Source: Candidatus Woesearchaeota archaeon
GTDB lineage: Archaea; Nanobdellota; Nanobdellia; Woesearchaeales; 21-14-0-10-32-9
Assembly (NCBI GenBank): GCA_021736975.1
Contig: JAIPET010000001.1
Span: forward strand, 26,147 to 90,146
Reading direction: 5' to 3'
DNA length: 64,000 bases
The position numbers and the translations under genes are program-made. Positions 19,406 through 28,732 of the stretch are shown one piece after another. The notes under the pieces are model-generated. The model saw only the letters and a program-made list of their open reading frames with translations. It ran no database searches and was not told where the DNA came from. The stretch's first letter is position 1. Every line of letters starts with the position of its first letter.

Positions 19406-19879
19406 ATGACATTATTTTTTGGAACTCAAGGAAAGATATCAATAGATAGTGTTCAGTCTAAAAATGTGACTGAATGGAGTCTGTCTGTTAAGGCAGATAT
19501 TGAACAGATCAAGACCATTGGTAATTTTACCATATTTGATGAAAAACCTTTGGATCTTGTTGAGGGTAAGTTAAGTCTTATCACAGATGATCATGCATTT
19601 ATTGCGAAGTTGTTTGGAACAGTAGACACTACTGCAGACACACCATCAGTAGGGGATGAAACAAATGTTGTTACACTTGGATCTACAAGAACCAAATTCA
19701 ATGCAACATTTCAATACACAGATGCTAATGGCAACGATGTAAAAATTGAGTGCGTTGATTGTGTTGCTACAGACCACGAATTTAGCAACGAAGCAGAAGG
19801 TGTACTTGAAGAAAGTTTTAGCTTCAATGTAAAACCAAACGATGTGACCATTACCACAATAAAGAAAGCTACACCATAA
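19406..19879 (+). CDS. major tail protein candidate
   Basis: 157 aa, RBS GGAGGA upstream, precedes the chaperone pair and tape measure. Confidence 0.35.
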   Translation: MTLFFGTQGKISIDSVQSKNVTEWSLSVKADIEQIKTIGNFTIFDEKPLDLVEGKLSLITDDHAFIAKLFGTVDTTADTPSVGDETNVVTLGSTRTKFNATFQYTDANGNDVKIECVDCVATDHEFSNEAEGVLEESFSFNVKPNDVTITTIKKATP

Positions 19880-19914
19880 GCTTGACTAATTGAGTAAGGC
19901 AAAGGCATGACGAG

Positions 19915-20262
19915 ATGATACTCATGACAGAGGAAAACAAAACTAAGGAAAAGGAAAGTAAAGAAGTCGACCCAAAGGAAAAGCTGGAACAGCAAGACTT
20001 CCGAAACATCACCATATATCATATCCATAAGGATGTGGTAGATGATTTCAAAGAGTGGTGTAAGGTTAATGCTGGGAACAAGTTTCCTGCAGGTATTCAA
20101 CTTTTACTTTCCCGATCTAAAGTTTTTGAATTGATGTCAAACTTTGACACAAGAATCAAAGCTTTAGAACACAATTTGTCTATGATAATGAATAGACAAA
20201 AGAGTGTCGAGGAACACTCCCCTAAAGAACCGAAAGTTAAGACTATTGGAGGTGGAGCTTAA
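19915..20262 (+). CDS. tail assembly chaperone candidate
   Basis: 115 aa immediately upstream of the tape measure. Confidence 0.35.
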   Translation: MILMTEENKTKEKESKEVDPKEKLEQQDFRNITIYHIHKDVVDDFKEWCKVNAGNKFPAGIQLLLSRSKVFELMSNFDTRIKALEHNLSMIMNRQKSVEEHSPKEPKVKTIGGGA

Positions 20263-20594
20263 TGACAAGAAAATATACTATGCAGGATCTCTTAGCGAAA
20301 TCTAAAGAGAAAAAGAAAGTTGAAGTAAACTTTGAAGATGGAGTGGTTGAGTTTGATATCAGCAAAATTGATTTTGGTGTAATGAACCAAATCAGAAAGA
20401 AAACAAAAAATGATGATATGGAACTCACACGAGAAATGATCAAAGCATCAACTGATCTTCCTGACGATCAAGTGGATAGGTTGCCTTTAGGAGTCATTAG
20501 AGAATTAGGAGATAAGATCTCTGAACACTCAGGACTAGATAAGGCATCTAAGAGTGAAGCTGAACGTTTTCAAGATCCTCAGAAGGCAAATTAG
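20262..20594 (+). CDS. tail assembly chaperone candidate
   Basis: 110 aa, start overlapping the previous stop (ATGA). Confidence 0.35.
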   Translation: MTRKYTMQDLLAKSKEKKKVEVNFEDGVVEFDISKIDFGVMNQIRKKTKNDDMELTREMIKASTDLPDDQVDRLPLGVIRELGDKISEHSGLDKASKSEAERFQDPQKAN

Positions 20595-20775
20595 TTTATG
20601 TACTTCTGAGGCACTATGGAATGAGTTGGGATGAGATCAATAATTTAACGATTGACCAATTTAATTTCATGATTTCAGCATATAATGAAGACGTGAAGGA
20701 AAAGAATAGACAGGCAAGGAAGAAGCGTTAGAATGCTTCCTGCGAGGACAGGTGATAAACTATGAGTGAAAGGAC

Positions 20776-23700
20776 ATGGCTGAATCAGTACGGATCAAAT
20801 TTACAGGAGAAGATAAGGTCTCACCTACTGTCTCCAGGATTAATTCAAGTTTAGGTAGTCTTGGCTCTAAAATATCATCTGTTGGGAAGTCTTTTAACAA
20901 AGTCAATAAGGCACTAGTTCTCGGCTTTACTGCAATCACGGGTGCCGTTGTAGCACTTGGGGTTAAAGCCATAAAGAGTTTTGGAGAGTTTGATAGGCAA
21001 ATTAAAAGAGTTCAAGTTCTGGCAGGTGGAACAGAAGAAGATTTTAAGAGTTTAATGGACACAGCGTTCAGACTTGGTTCTAGCACAGCTTTTTCTGCAC
21101 AAGAAGTTGCGGAAGCATTTGAAGAATTTGCTAAAGCTGGTTTTTCTGTGAATCAAATTCTAAAAGCATCTGAATCAACATTGGGTTTAGCAACTGCGGG
21201 TAATATTAATCTTGCTGAAGCAGTTAATATTTCTGTTGCCGCTCTAAATGCATTTGGTAGAGAAGCAGATGATATGAATGGAGTAGCAACTATCTTAACA
21301 ACTTCATTTACTAATTCTGCTCAAACACTCGAAGATCTTGGTCAAGCATTAAAGTTCGTTGCTCCATTAGCTTCTAGTTTAGGGATTAGTTTAGAAGAGG
21401 TTAGTGCAGCTCTTGGAACTCTAGCAAATGTTGGTTTAAAGGGAAGTATTGCAGGAACTTCATTAAATCAGGCGATGTTACAATTGCTTAATCCAACAAC
21501 TAAATCTGCAGAAGTAATGGAAGATCTTGGCGTACAATTCTTTTCACTTGATGAGGCAGGTCAAGCGGCGAGTGCAACTATTAGAGCAACAAAAGACGAA
21601 TTTAATTTACTAAGAGATCGAGTAAGAGAGAGTGATATTGAAGTTGCTAATTTGGGATCTCAACTTGCAGAAGCAAAAAGAGAATTAAGTGGTCTTGCTA
21701 AAGATGCAGGTGGATTTGAAGGATTATCATCAGGTCTTACTGCGTTACAAAATAGTTTCGATGATGCTAGACTGAAAAATAAAGAATTAAGAGATGCTCT
21801 TGATGCACAAGAATCAACTTTTGAAGGATTAAGAAAACAAGTCCAGGAAGGATCTCAAGAGTTTATAGGGTTAAGAGATACAGCTAAACAACTTAATGAT
21901 GCTTTCAATGAAGTGGATGCATCAAGAATCCAAAGGGCAATGGCATTGGTTCAAATCTTCAAAGTTAGAGGTGCAAGATCATTTTTAACACTTACAAAAG
22001 AAATAGAAGAGTTTGACAGGTTATTCAATACAATAGCCGCAACTGAAATAAGAACAGAACTCCTCGATGAAGCAAGTTTAAGAAAAGCACTTGATGCACA
22101 AGATAGTTTTGCCTCTGCATTTGGGATTACATTTGAGAAACTTGTAGCAGATGCAACAAAAGTTCCAGAAGGATTAGACAAAGCATTAACTGATGCAAAA
22201 CTAGACGAAAGAGCTAGAGATATATTTAGAAATCTTAGAGATGAAGTAACAAATCTTGGACTAGATAGTGAATCTGTTGAAGCAGTATTATCTGATTTTT
22301 TACCATTAGATGCTGTAAAAGATTTTAGAAAAATAATTCAACTTACTGATCAAGATTTTGAAAGTTTTTTAGCTAATATTAATGCAACAAATCAAGATGC
22401 TCAAACATTAAACAAGACACTCCTAAATAATTTAGGATCTGCTTTAGAAGAATTACAAGATACAGTAACAACTACTTTTATCAGAATTGGCGGGGCAATT
22501 GCAGAAAGATTAGATCTTACAAATGTAGTGAGAAATATTCAGCAAGCAATAGAAGATTTCTCTACAGGTGGAGGAGTTGAAGCATTAGCAGACAAACTTG
22601 TAAATGTGTTCAAAACTATTGGGAATTTCTTTAAAGGAATTAAAACAGGTTTTTCTCAAGTATTTACGCCTGAAATAATTGATAATCTAAAGAACGCATT
22701 TGTAAGAAACTTTGGAATAATTCAAAACGAAGCAGGTAATCTTGGAGTAGTCTTTGGAAGAATACTTGGGAGCATGGTTAAAGGGGGGGCTGAACTTATA
22801 ACTAGAGTATTAAATTCAGACATTATAGAAAATGCTAGTAAGGCATTTAAGAGAATTGGAAGTGTCCTTGAAAAATTAGGTCCTACTATTGGTGCAGTTG
22901 CTACTGGCTTTGTTTTACTATCTCCCATTTTAGGTCCTTTATTCTACATTGGTGGAAAATTAGCGAGTATATTTGGATTCTTAATATCATCAGTTATTGG
23001 ATCAGGAAAAGCAATCTCTGGACTGATTGGTGGAACAGGGAAACTTGGAGGATCTTTTGGAGGTATTATTGGAAAGATCACAGGGGTAGGTGCAACTGCA
23101 ACAAAGACAACAGCTGGAACTGCAGGACTTCTTGGAAAACTTGGAGGTCTTGGATCTTCAATAAGTGGAGTATTCTCTGCTATAGGGTCTGCTTTAGGTG
23201 TAAGTGCAGGTGTAGCGGCTGGCATTGTAGTCGCTGTGATTGGAACAGTTATCGGATTTATTAATCAAGTGAGACAGAATTTCTTAGGACTAGGGGATGA
23301 TTTTAAAACAATTTTCGGAGCTATATGGACAGTTCTCAAAGCTGTTGGGTCTGCATTAAAAGAAAACCTTATCGATATTGGTGGACTGCTTAAACCAATT
23401 TGGGAAGGTATCAAAGACACTTTCAATGGACTTGGCAAGATCTTAGGTGCATTGGTAGCCTCAGTTATTCATCCTTTTGCAGAAGGACTTAGAAGATCTG
23501 GAGATGAGGGGCTTAAAGCTGGAGAGATAATCAAAGGTGCAGTTACTCTTATGCTTGCTCCATTAAGAATTGCATTAACTATTCTTGGAAGTTTACTAAA
23601 AGCAGTTGGAGCAATAATTAATTTTGTAGCCACAATCATTGCAGGTATTGTTGAACTTGGCTTTGCTTTCCAAGACGCATTTAGGAGATTTAAAACAGAG

Positions 23701-24960
23701 GGATTTTCTGCATTTAAAGGAGTTGGAGAAGTAGCTAAAAAGATTGGAATATCTATTCTTAAATCATTCATAGGTGCAATTGATTCAATCATAAATATAT
23801 TCATAGATCTAATTAATGAAGTCGTAAATATAGCGAAAAAGATTCCTTTACTTAACAAAGTAATTGATAAAAATTTCAAAATAGATAAAAATGTGCTTGG
23901 TAATCTTTTAGGATTCAGTAAAGAAGCTGAGAAGACAGTTGACAAAATTAAAGAAACACAAGATGTCTTAACGGAAGCACCAACAGCAATACCTGGCATT
24001 CAAGCAACTCAATCATTTTTACCAGGAATAAATGAAGGAAATACTGCTGGTTTAGGATTCTCAAGTTCAGCAATTGAAGCAATGTCTACAAACAGTGATG
24101 CTATTACAGCTTCGGCAGTAGATCCATTTAAAGAAGCAAGTATCCAAGCATCAGACTTTGGATTCACTTCTATGGAAAATTACTCTGCTCCGTTTAGAGA
24201 TCCTGATGCAATATCTTCAATAAAATCAGATATTATGTCAGTATTTCCAAGTCCTGAACAAGCATCTCAACAAGGGAGAGAGTTTGGTAAATTCTTCTTT
24301 ACAGGTTTGGCTAGTGGGATGCAGGAATTATCTGGAATCTTTCAACAAAATATTTTACCTATTTTTACAACTATGAATGAAGCATTGAAAACATTTATTT
24401 CAGCTTTCTTGAGAAACTTGTTTGTGCTAAAATCAGTTCCACCATTCTTCTTGAAATTAGCAACAAACATTTACAGAATATTTGTTGGTGGATGGCAATC
24501 TACATTCAACATGATTGCAGACATTACAGAAACTGTAGTCAATAGTATGCAGAATAATCTAGAAATATTTTATAATAATCTAGTATCAATAATTAACAGA
24601 TTAATTTCTGAATATAATCGAGCTGCAGAGATATTAGCCAGAGACATTACTAGAACTCATAAAAGCACAAGATCATATACTGACAGTAAAGGAAGATCAA
24701 GAACTAAAACCACTTACAGAACTGAGACTCTCTACAAAGGAGTCAACATTCCAAAACTTGCCCAATTCTCTAATGTTAAACTGGATAAGCTTCAGCTAGA
24801 GAGAGCTATAATACCTCAGTCTCCTGTAACTGTAGATGCTGGCGGATTCAATGTCAATATAGAGAATCTTAACACTTCAAGTGAAACTGACAAACAGAGA
24901 TTATTCTCAGAAATTGATGCGTTTATTGCTAATAAACTTGGAGGTTTAGTAAGATTATGA
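20776..24960 (+). CDS. tail tape measure protein
   Basis: 1394 aa; N-terminal alpha-helical region, central Gly-rich hydrophobic stretch, canonical position. Confidence 0.8.
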   Translation: MAESVRIKFTGEDKVSPTVSRINSSLGSLGSKISSVGKSFNKVNKALVLGFTAITGAVVALGVKAIKSFGEFDRQIKRVQVLAGGTEEDFKSLMDTAFRLGSSTAFSAQEVAEAFEEFAKAGFSVNQILKASESTLGLATAGNINLAEAVNISVAALNAFGREADDMNGVATILTTSFTNSAQTLEDLGQALKFVAPLASSLGISLEEVSAALGTLANVGLKGSIAGTSLNQAMLQLLNPTTKSAEVMEDLGVQFFSLDEAGQAASATIRATKDEFNLLRDRVRESDIEVANLGSQLAEAKRELSGLAKDAGGFEGLSSGLTALQNSFDDARLKNKELRDALDAQESTFEGLRKQVQEGSQEFIGLRDTAKQLNDAFNEVDASRIQRAMALVQIFKVRGARSFLTLTKEIEEFDRLFNTIAATEIRTELLDEASLRKALDAQDSFASAFGITFEKLVADATKVPEGLDKALTDAKLDERARDIFRNLRDEVTNLGLDSESVEAVLSDFLPLDAVKDFRKIIQLTDQDFESFLANINATNQDAQTLNKTLLNNLGSALEELQDTVTTTFIRIGGAIAERLDLTNVVRNIQQAIEDFSTGGGVEALADKLVNVFKTIGNFFKGIKTGFSQVFTPEIIDNLKNAFVRNFGIIQNEAGNLGVVFGRILGSMVKGGAELITRVLNSDIIENASKAFKRIGSVLEKLGPTIGAVATGFVLLSPILGPLFYIGGKLASIFGFLISSVIGSGKAISGLIGGTGKLGGSFGGIIGKITGVGATATKTTAGTAGLLGKLGGLGSSISGVFSAIGSALGVSAGVAAGIVVAVIGTVIGFINQVRQNFLGLGDDFKTIFGAIWTVLKAVGSALKENLIDIGGLLKPIWEGIKDTFNGLGKILGALVASVIHPFAEGLRRSGDEGLKAGEIIKGAVTLMLAPLRIALTILGSLLKAVGAIINFVATIIAGIVELGFAFQDAFRRFKTEGFSAFKGVGEVAKKIGISILKSFIGAIDSIINIFIDLINEVVNIAKKIPLLNKVIDKNFKIDKNVLGNLLGFSKEAEKTVDKIKETQDVLTEAPTAIPGIQATQSFLPGINEGNTAGLGFSSSAIEAMSTNSDAITASAVDPFKEASIQASDFGFTSMENYSAPFRDPDAISSIKSDIMSVFPSPEQASQQGREFGKFFFTGLASGMQELSGIFQQNILPIFTTMNEALKTFISAFLRNLFVLKSVPPFFLKLATNIYRIFVGGWQSTFNMIADITETVVNSMQNNLEIFYNNLVSIINRLISEYNRAAEILARDITRTHKSTRSYTDSKGRSRTKTTYRTETLYKGVNIPKLAQFSNVKLDKLQLERAIIPQSPVTVDAGGFNVNIENLNTSSETDKQRLFSEIDAFIANKLGGLVRL

Positions 24961-25340
24961 AAATAACAAGTCAAGATAAAAGTACAGATCTCTTTGTATT
25001 TGACAATGAAGAAAAAGCAGTTGTTACTTTAGAAACTACTGATAAAATCGTATGGGTTACTCATGAAATTCCAAATAGAGCAGGAAATATAAAACACTTT
25101 ATGGGATCAGGAGATGGCGACGTTCTTCTTACTGGCAAATTATTAGGACTGCAACCAACGAAAGCAGATAACAAAACAATTCTTAGAAATCTTGCTCTAG
25201 CTGGAACTATTGTTTACTTTGATACTGAAGGATATGAACCTGCTCTTGATGGACATTATGTGATAACAGAAATCAGTATCCCTGAAACAGGAGGAGAACC
25301 TTGGGAGTTTACTATTACACTCAGTCAATTCAATAATTAA
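24957..25340 (+). CDS. distal tail protein candidate
   Basis: 127 aa immediately after the tape measure. Confidence 0.35.
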   Translation: MKITSQDKSTDLFVFDNEEKAVVTLETTDKIVWVTHEIPNRAGNIKHFMGSGDGDVLLTGKLLGLQPTKADNKTILRNLALAGTIVYFDTEGYEPALDGHYVITEISIPETGGEPWEFTITLSQFNN

Positions 25341-25348
25341 GATTCAAG

Positions 25349-27892
25349 ATGATTCAAACGCACAAACCATTAAACAAGATCTATGTAGACATAGGCAATG
25401 GGTGGCAAGACATAAGTAGATTCATCACTAAATGGGATGCAGTAAAAAGTGTGACTTCACAAACAGATACTGCATCACTAAACTTTGATTACAACGCTTT
25501 ACAATATATCCAATCTTTTGATTCTTCAGCTAAAATTAAAGTTCTTGCAGGTTATGATTCTGAAAACTTAAAACTTTACTTTGATGGTTTGATTAAGAAC
25601 ATTAAAAAAACAAATACGAATGAAGATTTCGACGTGGAAGCAGAAGATTATTCTGTTTTCATGCTTAATAGAGTTGCCACATTCGCATTTAGTAATACAA
25701 AAGCAATAGATATTATCAAGCATGTTCTTTCAATTAAAATTCCTGAATATTCATGGACTGATGATACTTTTGATGATCATGAGTTCATAGTTGATAGTAT
25801 CGCATTTGAAGATAAACCCATTCATGAGATTATAGATTATTTTGCTAATCTTATCGGTGCTGATTTTTGGGTTACAAGTGACGGAGAAGGTAATATAATA
25901 TTTCATTGTAAGCAAAGAAATAGTATTGAGTCTGACTTTGTTCTTGAAAGAGGAGTTAATCTTAAGGGATTAATTTTTATTGAAGATAAAAGCCAAATGG
26001 CTAATAGGGTTATTGTTCAAGGAGATCAAAAAGAGTTTTCAACACAACAAAATTTCTTAGGGACTGGAGAATTAGTGGATTTCTATTTGATTTTTAGACC
26101 ACATAACGTGAGAGTGACTGTTGATGGTGTTCCTTTAAATGGTGGAGTCGAAGGTATTTCTCAAAATCCTGAGTTTTATGTTGATTACTATGAAAAGAAG
26201 ATCACTCTAAAAGTAGCCCCTCCTGAAAATGCAGTAATTGAAATTGGATATGCTTATGATATTCCTATCAAAGTTGAATCTTCTGATTTCGCTTCGATTA
26301 ATAAGTATGGAGAGAAAGTCAAGATCATTAAGAATAAGAATATCAGTGATAAGGCAGAAGCACAGAAGTATGCGAAAGAATATATTAAACAATTTGGCAA
26401 ACCAGTTTTTATTGCAGAAGCGGATGCTCCAGCAAGTACTGAGTTTGATGTTGGAGATGTAATCACTCTAAAAGATTCTGAAAAGCAAATTAACAATGCA
26501 ATGCAGGTTCTTGAATGTAGTTATAGTTTCTCAAAGACTGATGGATTTAATTCTTCACTTAAATTAGCACAAACTCAACAATCTGGAACTAACATGCTTA
26601 AAGATATTATTTTGAGATTGAAGCAATTAGAAGAAGTTCTCAAAGGAGACGTGGAGATAGTTACCAAATTAATGAAGTTTGAAGAAACTATTACAGTAAA
26701 GATCAAAAGAATTAGTGCAAGAAAAAGATTACTCCCACCAGGTTTCAGCTGGAGTAAAGAAGGAAGCTGGAATAATTTAGACTGGGGTATTTACGGAAAC
26801 ACTTCGTGGGAAACATTCTTTGAATCTGGAGACAAGGATATGTTTGCTAGTGAATTCCAAACAATCCATGATGAAGCATTAACTCTCGAAATATTTTTTA
26901 GTCCTGAATTAGATAAGATCATGATTTGGTCATTAGGACAATACACTAAAGATTCATGGAATAAACCAAGAGAGCTTATTGTACCAACTCCAACAATGCT
27001 TAAAGAAGTCATTGATGAATTAAGATATGAATATGATAAACTTTCTATGAATCTCTCAGTAGATCCAAATTATAGTGATGCAACTATCTGGAGTCTACAA
27101 GGTGGAAGCCCACCTTATTGGTCTAAGATGAGTTTCACTCGAAAGATTGCAGAAGCAGGACCTATTCAGCAAATCCATGATAAAGAATCATTTGATAATC
27201 TTGAATTTAGAGACAGAACAAGCTTTGGTCTTGACTTCTCCATAGAAAAGCCAATGTGGAGCATGAATTACACATGGAGTAGATCAGGTATAGAAATAAG
27301 TTCAAAAATATCTCAACATGATAAATATGCTGAAGATCTTATCAAAACAAAAGACAAGCTAAACATGGCTTATGACTTCTTAGAATTCTTAGACAAAGAA
27401 CTTGTATTTAGTAGATCTAAGTGGAGCAGAAGTCCTGAAATTGAGTATGTAGAAACAGAAAAAGATATTATGAAAGAAATACATGATAATCTTGTAGCAC
27501 AGGACAAACTATCAATGGAATTCAATCCATTAACAGATGGTTTCTTTTGGAGCATCAGAGGTTGGAATAAAGATGATTGGGGTAACATCCCATCAGATCT
27601 TGTTCAACAAGACCTAAAGCAGAGAACTGCTAAGGATGATTTGGTTTCTAAAGATAGAATGAACGTTGATCTAACTTGGTCAAACGAGTTCAAAGGTTGG
27701 AGTCTCAAAGTATGGGGCAAAGAAGGATGGATTAAGTTCGAACAACCAGCACCTCAAGAAAGTATTCAGGAGAAAACTGAGGAAGAATTGCTGACAATAA
27801 ATGAAAGAATTGGTTTTGAGAGTACAAACAACTTGGACAATGGTCTTGCTCTCATAAACACAAAATCACAATGGAGCGTGGCAACATGGTAG
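25349..27892 (+). CDS. tail tip / baseplate protein
   Basis: 847 aa following the tape measure and distal tail protein. Confidence 0.45.
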   Translation: MIQTHKPLNKIYVDIGNGWQDISRFITKWDAVKSVTSQTDTASLNFDYNALQYIQSFDSSAKIKVLAGYDSENLKLYFDGLIKNIKKTNTNEDFDVEAEDYSVFMLNRVATFAFSNTKAIDIIKHVLSIKIPEYSWTDDTFDDHEFIVDSIAFEDKPIHEIIDYFANLIGADFWVTSDGEGNIIFHCKQRNSIESDFVLERGVNLKGLIFIEDKSQMANRVIVQGDQKEFSTQQNFLGTGELVDFYLIFRPHNVRVTVDGVPLNGGVEGISQNPEFYVDYYEKKITLKVAPPENAVIEIGYAYDIPIKVESSDFASINKYGEKVKIIKNKNISDKAEAQKYAKEYIKQFGKPVFIAEADAPASTEFDVGDVITLKDSEKQINNAMQVLECSYSFSKTDGFNSSLKLAQTQQSGTNMLKDIILRLKQLEEVLKGDVEIVTKLMKFEETITVKIKRISARKRLLPPGFSWSKEGSWNNLDWGIYGNTSWETFFESGDKDMFASEFQTIHDEALTLEIFFSPELDKIMIWSLGQYTKDSWNKPRELIVPTPTMLKEVIDELRYEYDKLSMNLSVDPNYSDATIWSLQGGSPPYWSKMSFTRKIAEAGPIQQIHDKESFDNLEFRDRTSFGLDFSIEKPMWSMNYTWSRSGIEISSKISQHDKYAEDLIKTKDKLNMAYDFLEFLDKELVFSRSKWSRSPEIEYVETEKDIMKEIHDNLVAQDKLSMEFNPLTDGFFWSIRGWNKDDWGNIPSDLVQQDLKQRTAKDDLVSKDRMNVDLTWSNEFKGWSLKVWGKEGWIKFEQPAPQESIQEKTEEELLTINERIGFESTNNLDNGLALINTKSQWSVATW

Positions 27893-28347
27893 GAAAAAAA
27901 GATACACTCAAAGCAAAAGGAACTGTAAATATTAGCGTCATCAATAAAGATGGCAAAGTCATCGAGAGCATGACACATAACAAAGTTGTAGATTTAGGGA
28001 TTGAAGCACTCATAAAGCATGTCAATGGAGCATACACTAGTCTGATTGAATATTTTAGAATGGGGGTGGGACTAAATCCACCAACAGGATCAGACTCAGG
28101 TTTAGAGAGTCCTGTTGAGTTTACAACAGGTGTTACAACTAAGGTCTTTGATTCTGTAGGTTATCCAACTGTAAAAGAGATGAAATATCAATTAACAGTG
28201 GACTTTGCAGAAGGTAATGGGCAAACACTATCTGAGATAGGTTTATTCTTTGCAGATGGAACTATGTTCTCAAGATTCTTGCATCAAGGAGTAAACAAAA
28301 CAAGCTACATCAAGATAGTGTACCAATACACAATTTCAATCGAATAG
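27886..28347 (+). CDS. small tail protein (paralog A)
   Basis: SEIGLFFADGTMFS resembles SEIGIFDSASGGNMFV of the next gene. Confidence 0.35.
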   Translation: MVGKKDTLKAKGTVNISVINKDGKVIESMTHNKVVDLGIEALIKHVNGAYTSLIEYFRMGVGLNPPTGSDSGLESPVEFTTGVTTKVFDSVGYPTVKEMKYQLTVDFAEGNGQTLSEIGLFFADGTMFSRFLHQGVNKTSYIKIVYQYTISIE

Positions 28348-28356
28348 AGGTAAAAG

Positions 28357-28704
28357 ATGGGAGTAACTAAGAAAGGAAAAAAGCAGATCTTGGAATTACT
28401 GCAAGGGCAAATCTCTCACTTCGGGTTAGGTACAGATTCATCAAGTGAATCTGAGTTTGCAGAGAATCTTGGAGATGAGAAGTTCAGGAAAGTAATTACC
28501 GATAATGCAATTGATGAAGAAACTCTAAGCATGGATGTAGAGTGCTTTCTTGGTTCAGGAGAAGCCAATGGACATGACTTCTCTGAGATAGGTATATTTG
28601 ACTCAGCGAGTGGTGGAAATATGTTTGTGATATCAAACTTTCCTCCTGAAGAAAAAACCCCTCTACTTGAGTGGTTGATCGATGTTGTAATCGAGATAAA
28701 ATAA
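28357..28704 (+). CDS. small tail protein (paralog B)
   Basis: 115 aa paralog of the preceding gene. Confidence 0.35.
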   Translation: MGVTKKGKKQILELLQGQISHFGLGTDSSSESEFAENLGDEKFRKVITDNAIDEETLSMDVECFLGSGEANGHDFSEIGIFDSASGGNMFVISNFPPEEKTPLLEWLIDVVIEIK

Positions 28705-28732
28705 CATAAAGAAAGAAATATGAGGTGTTACT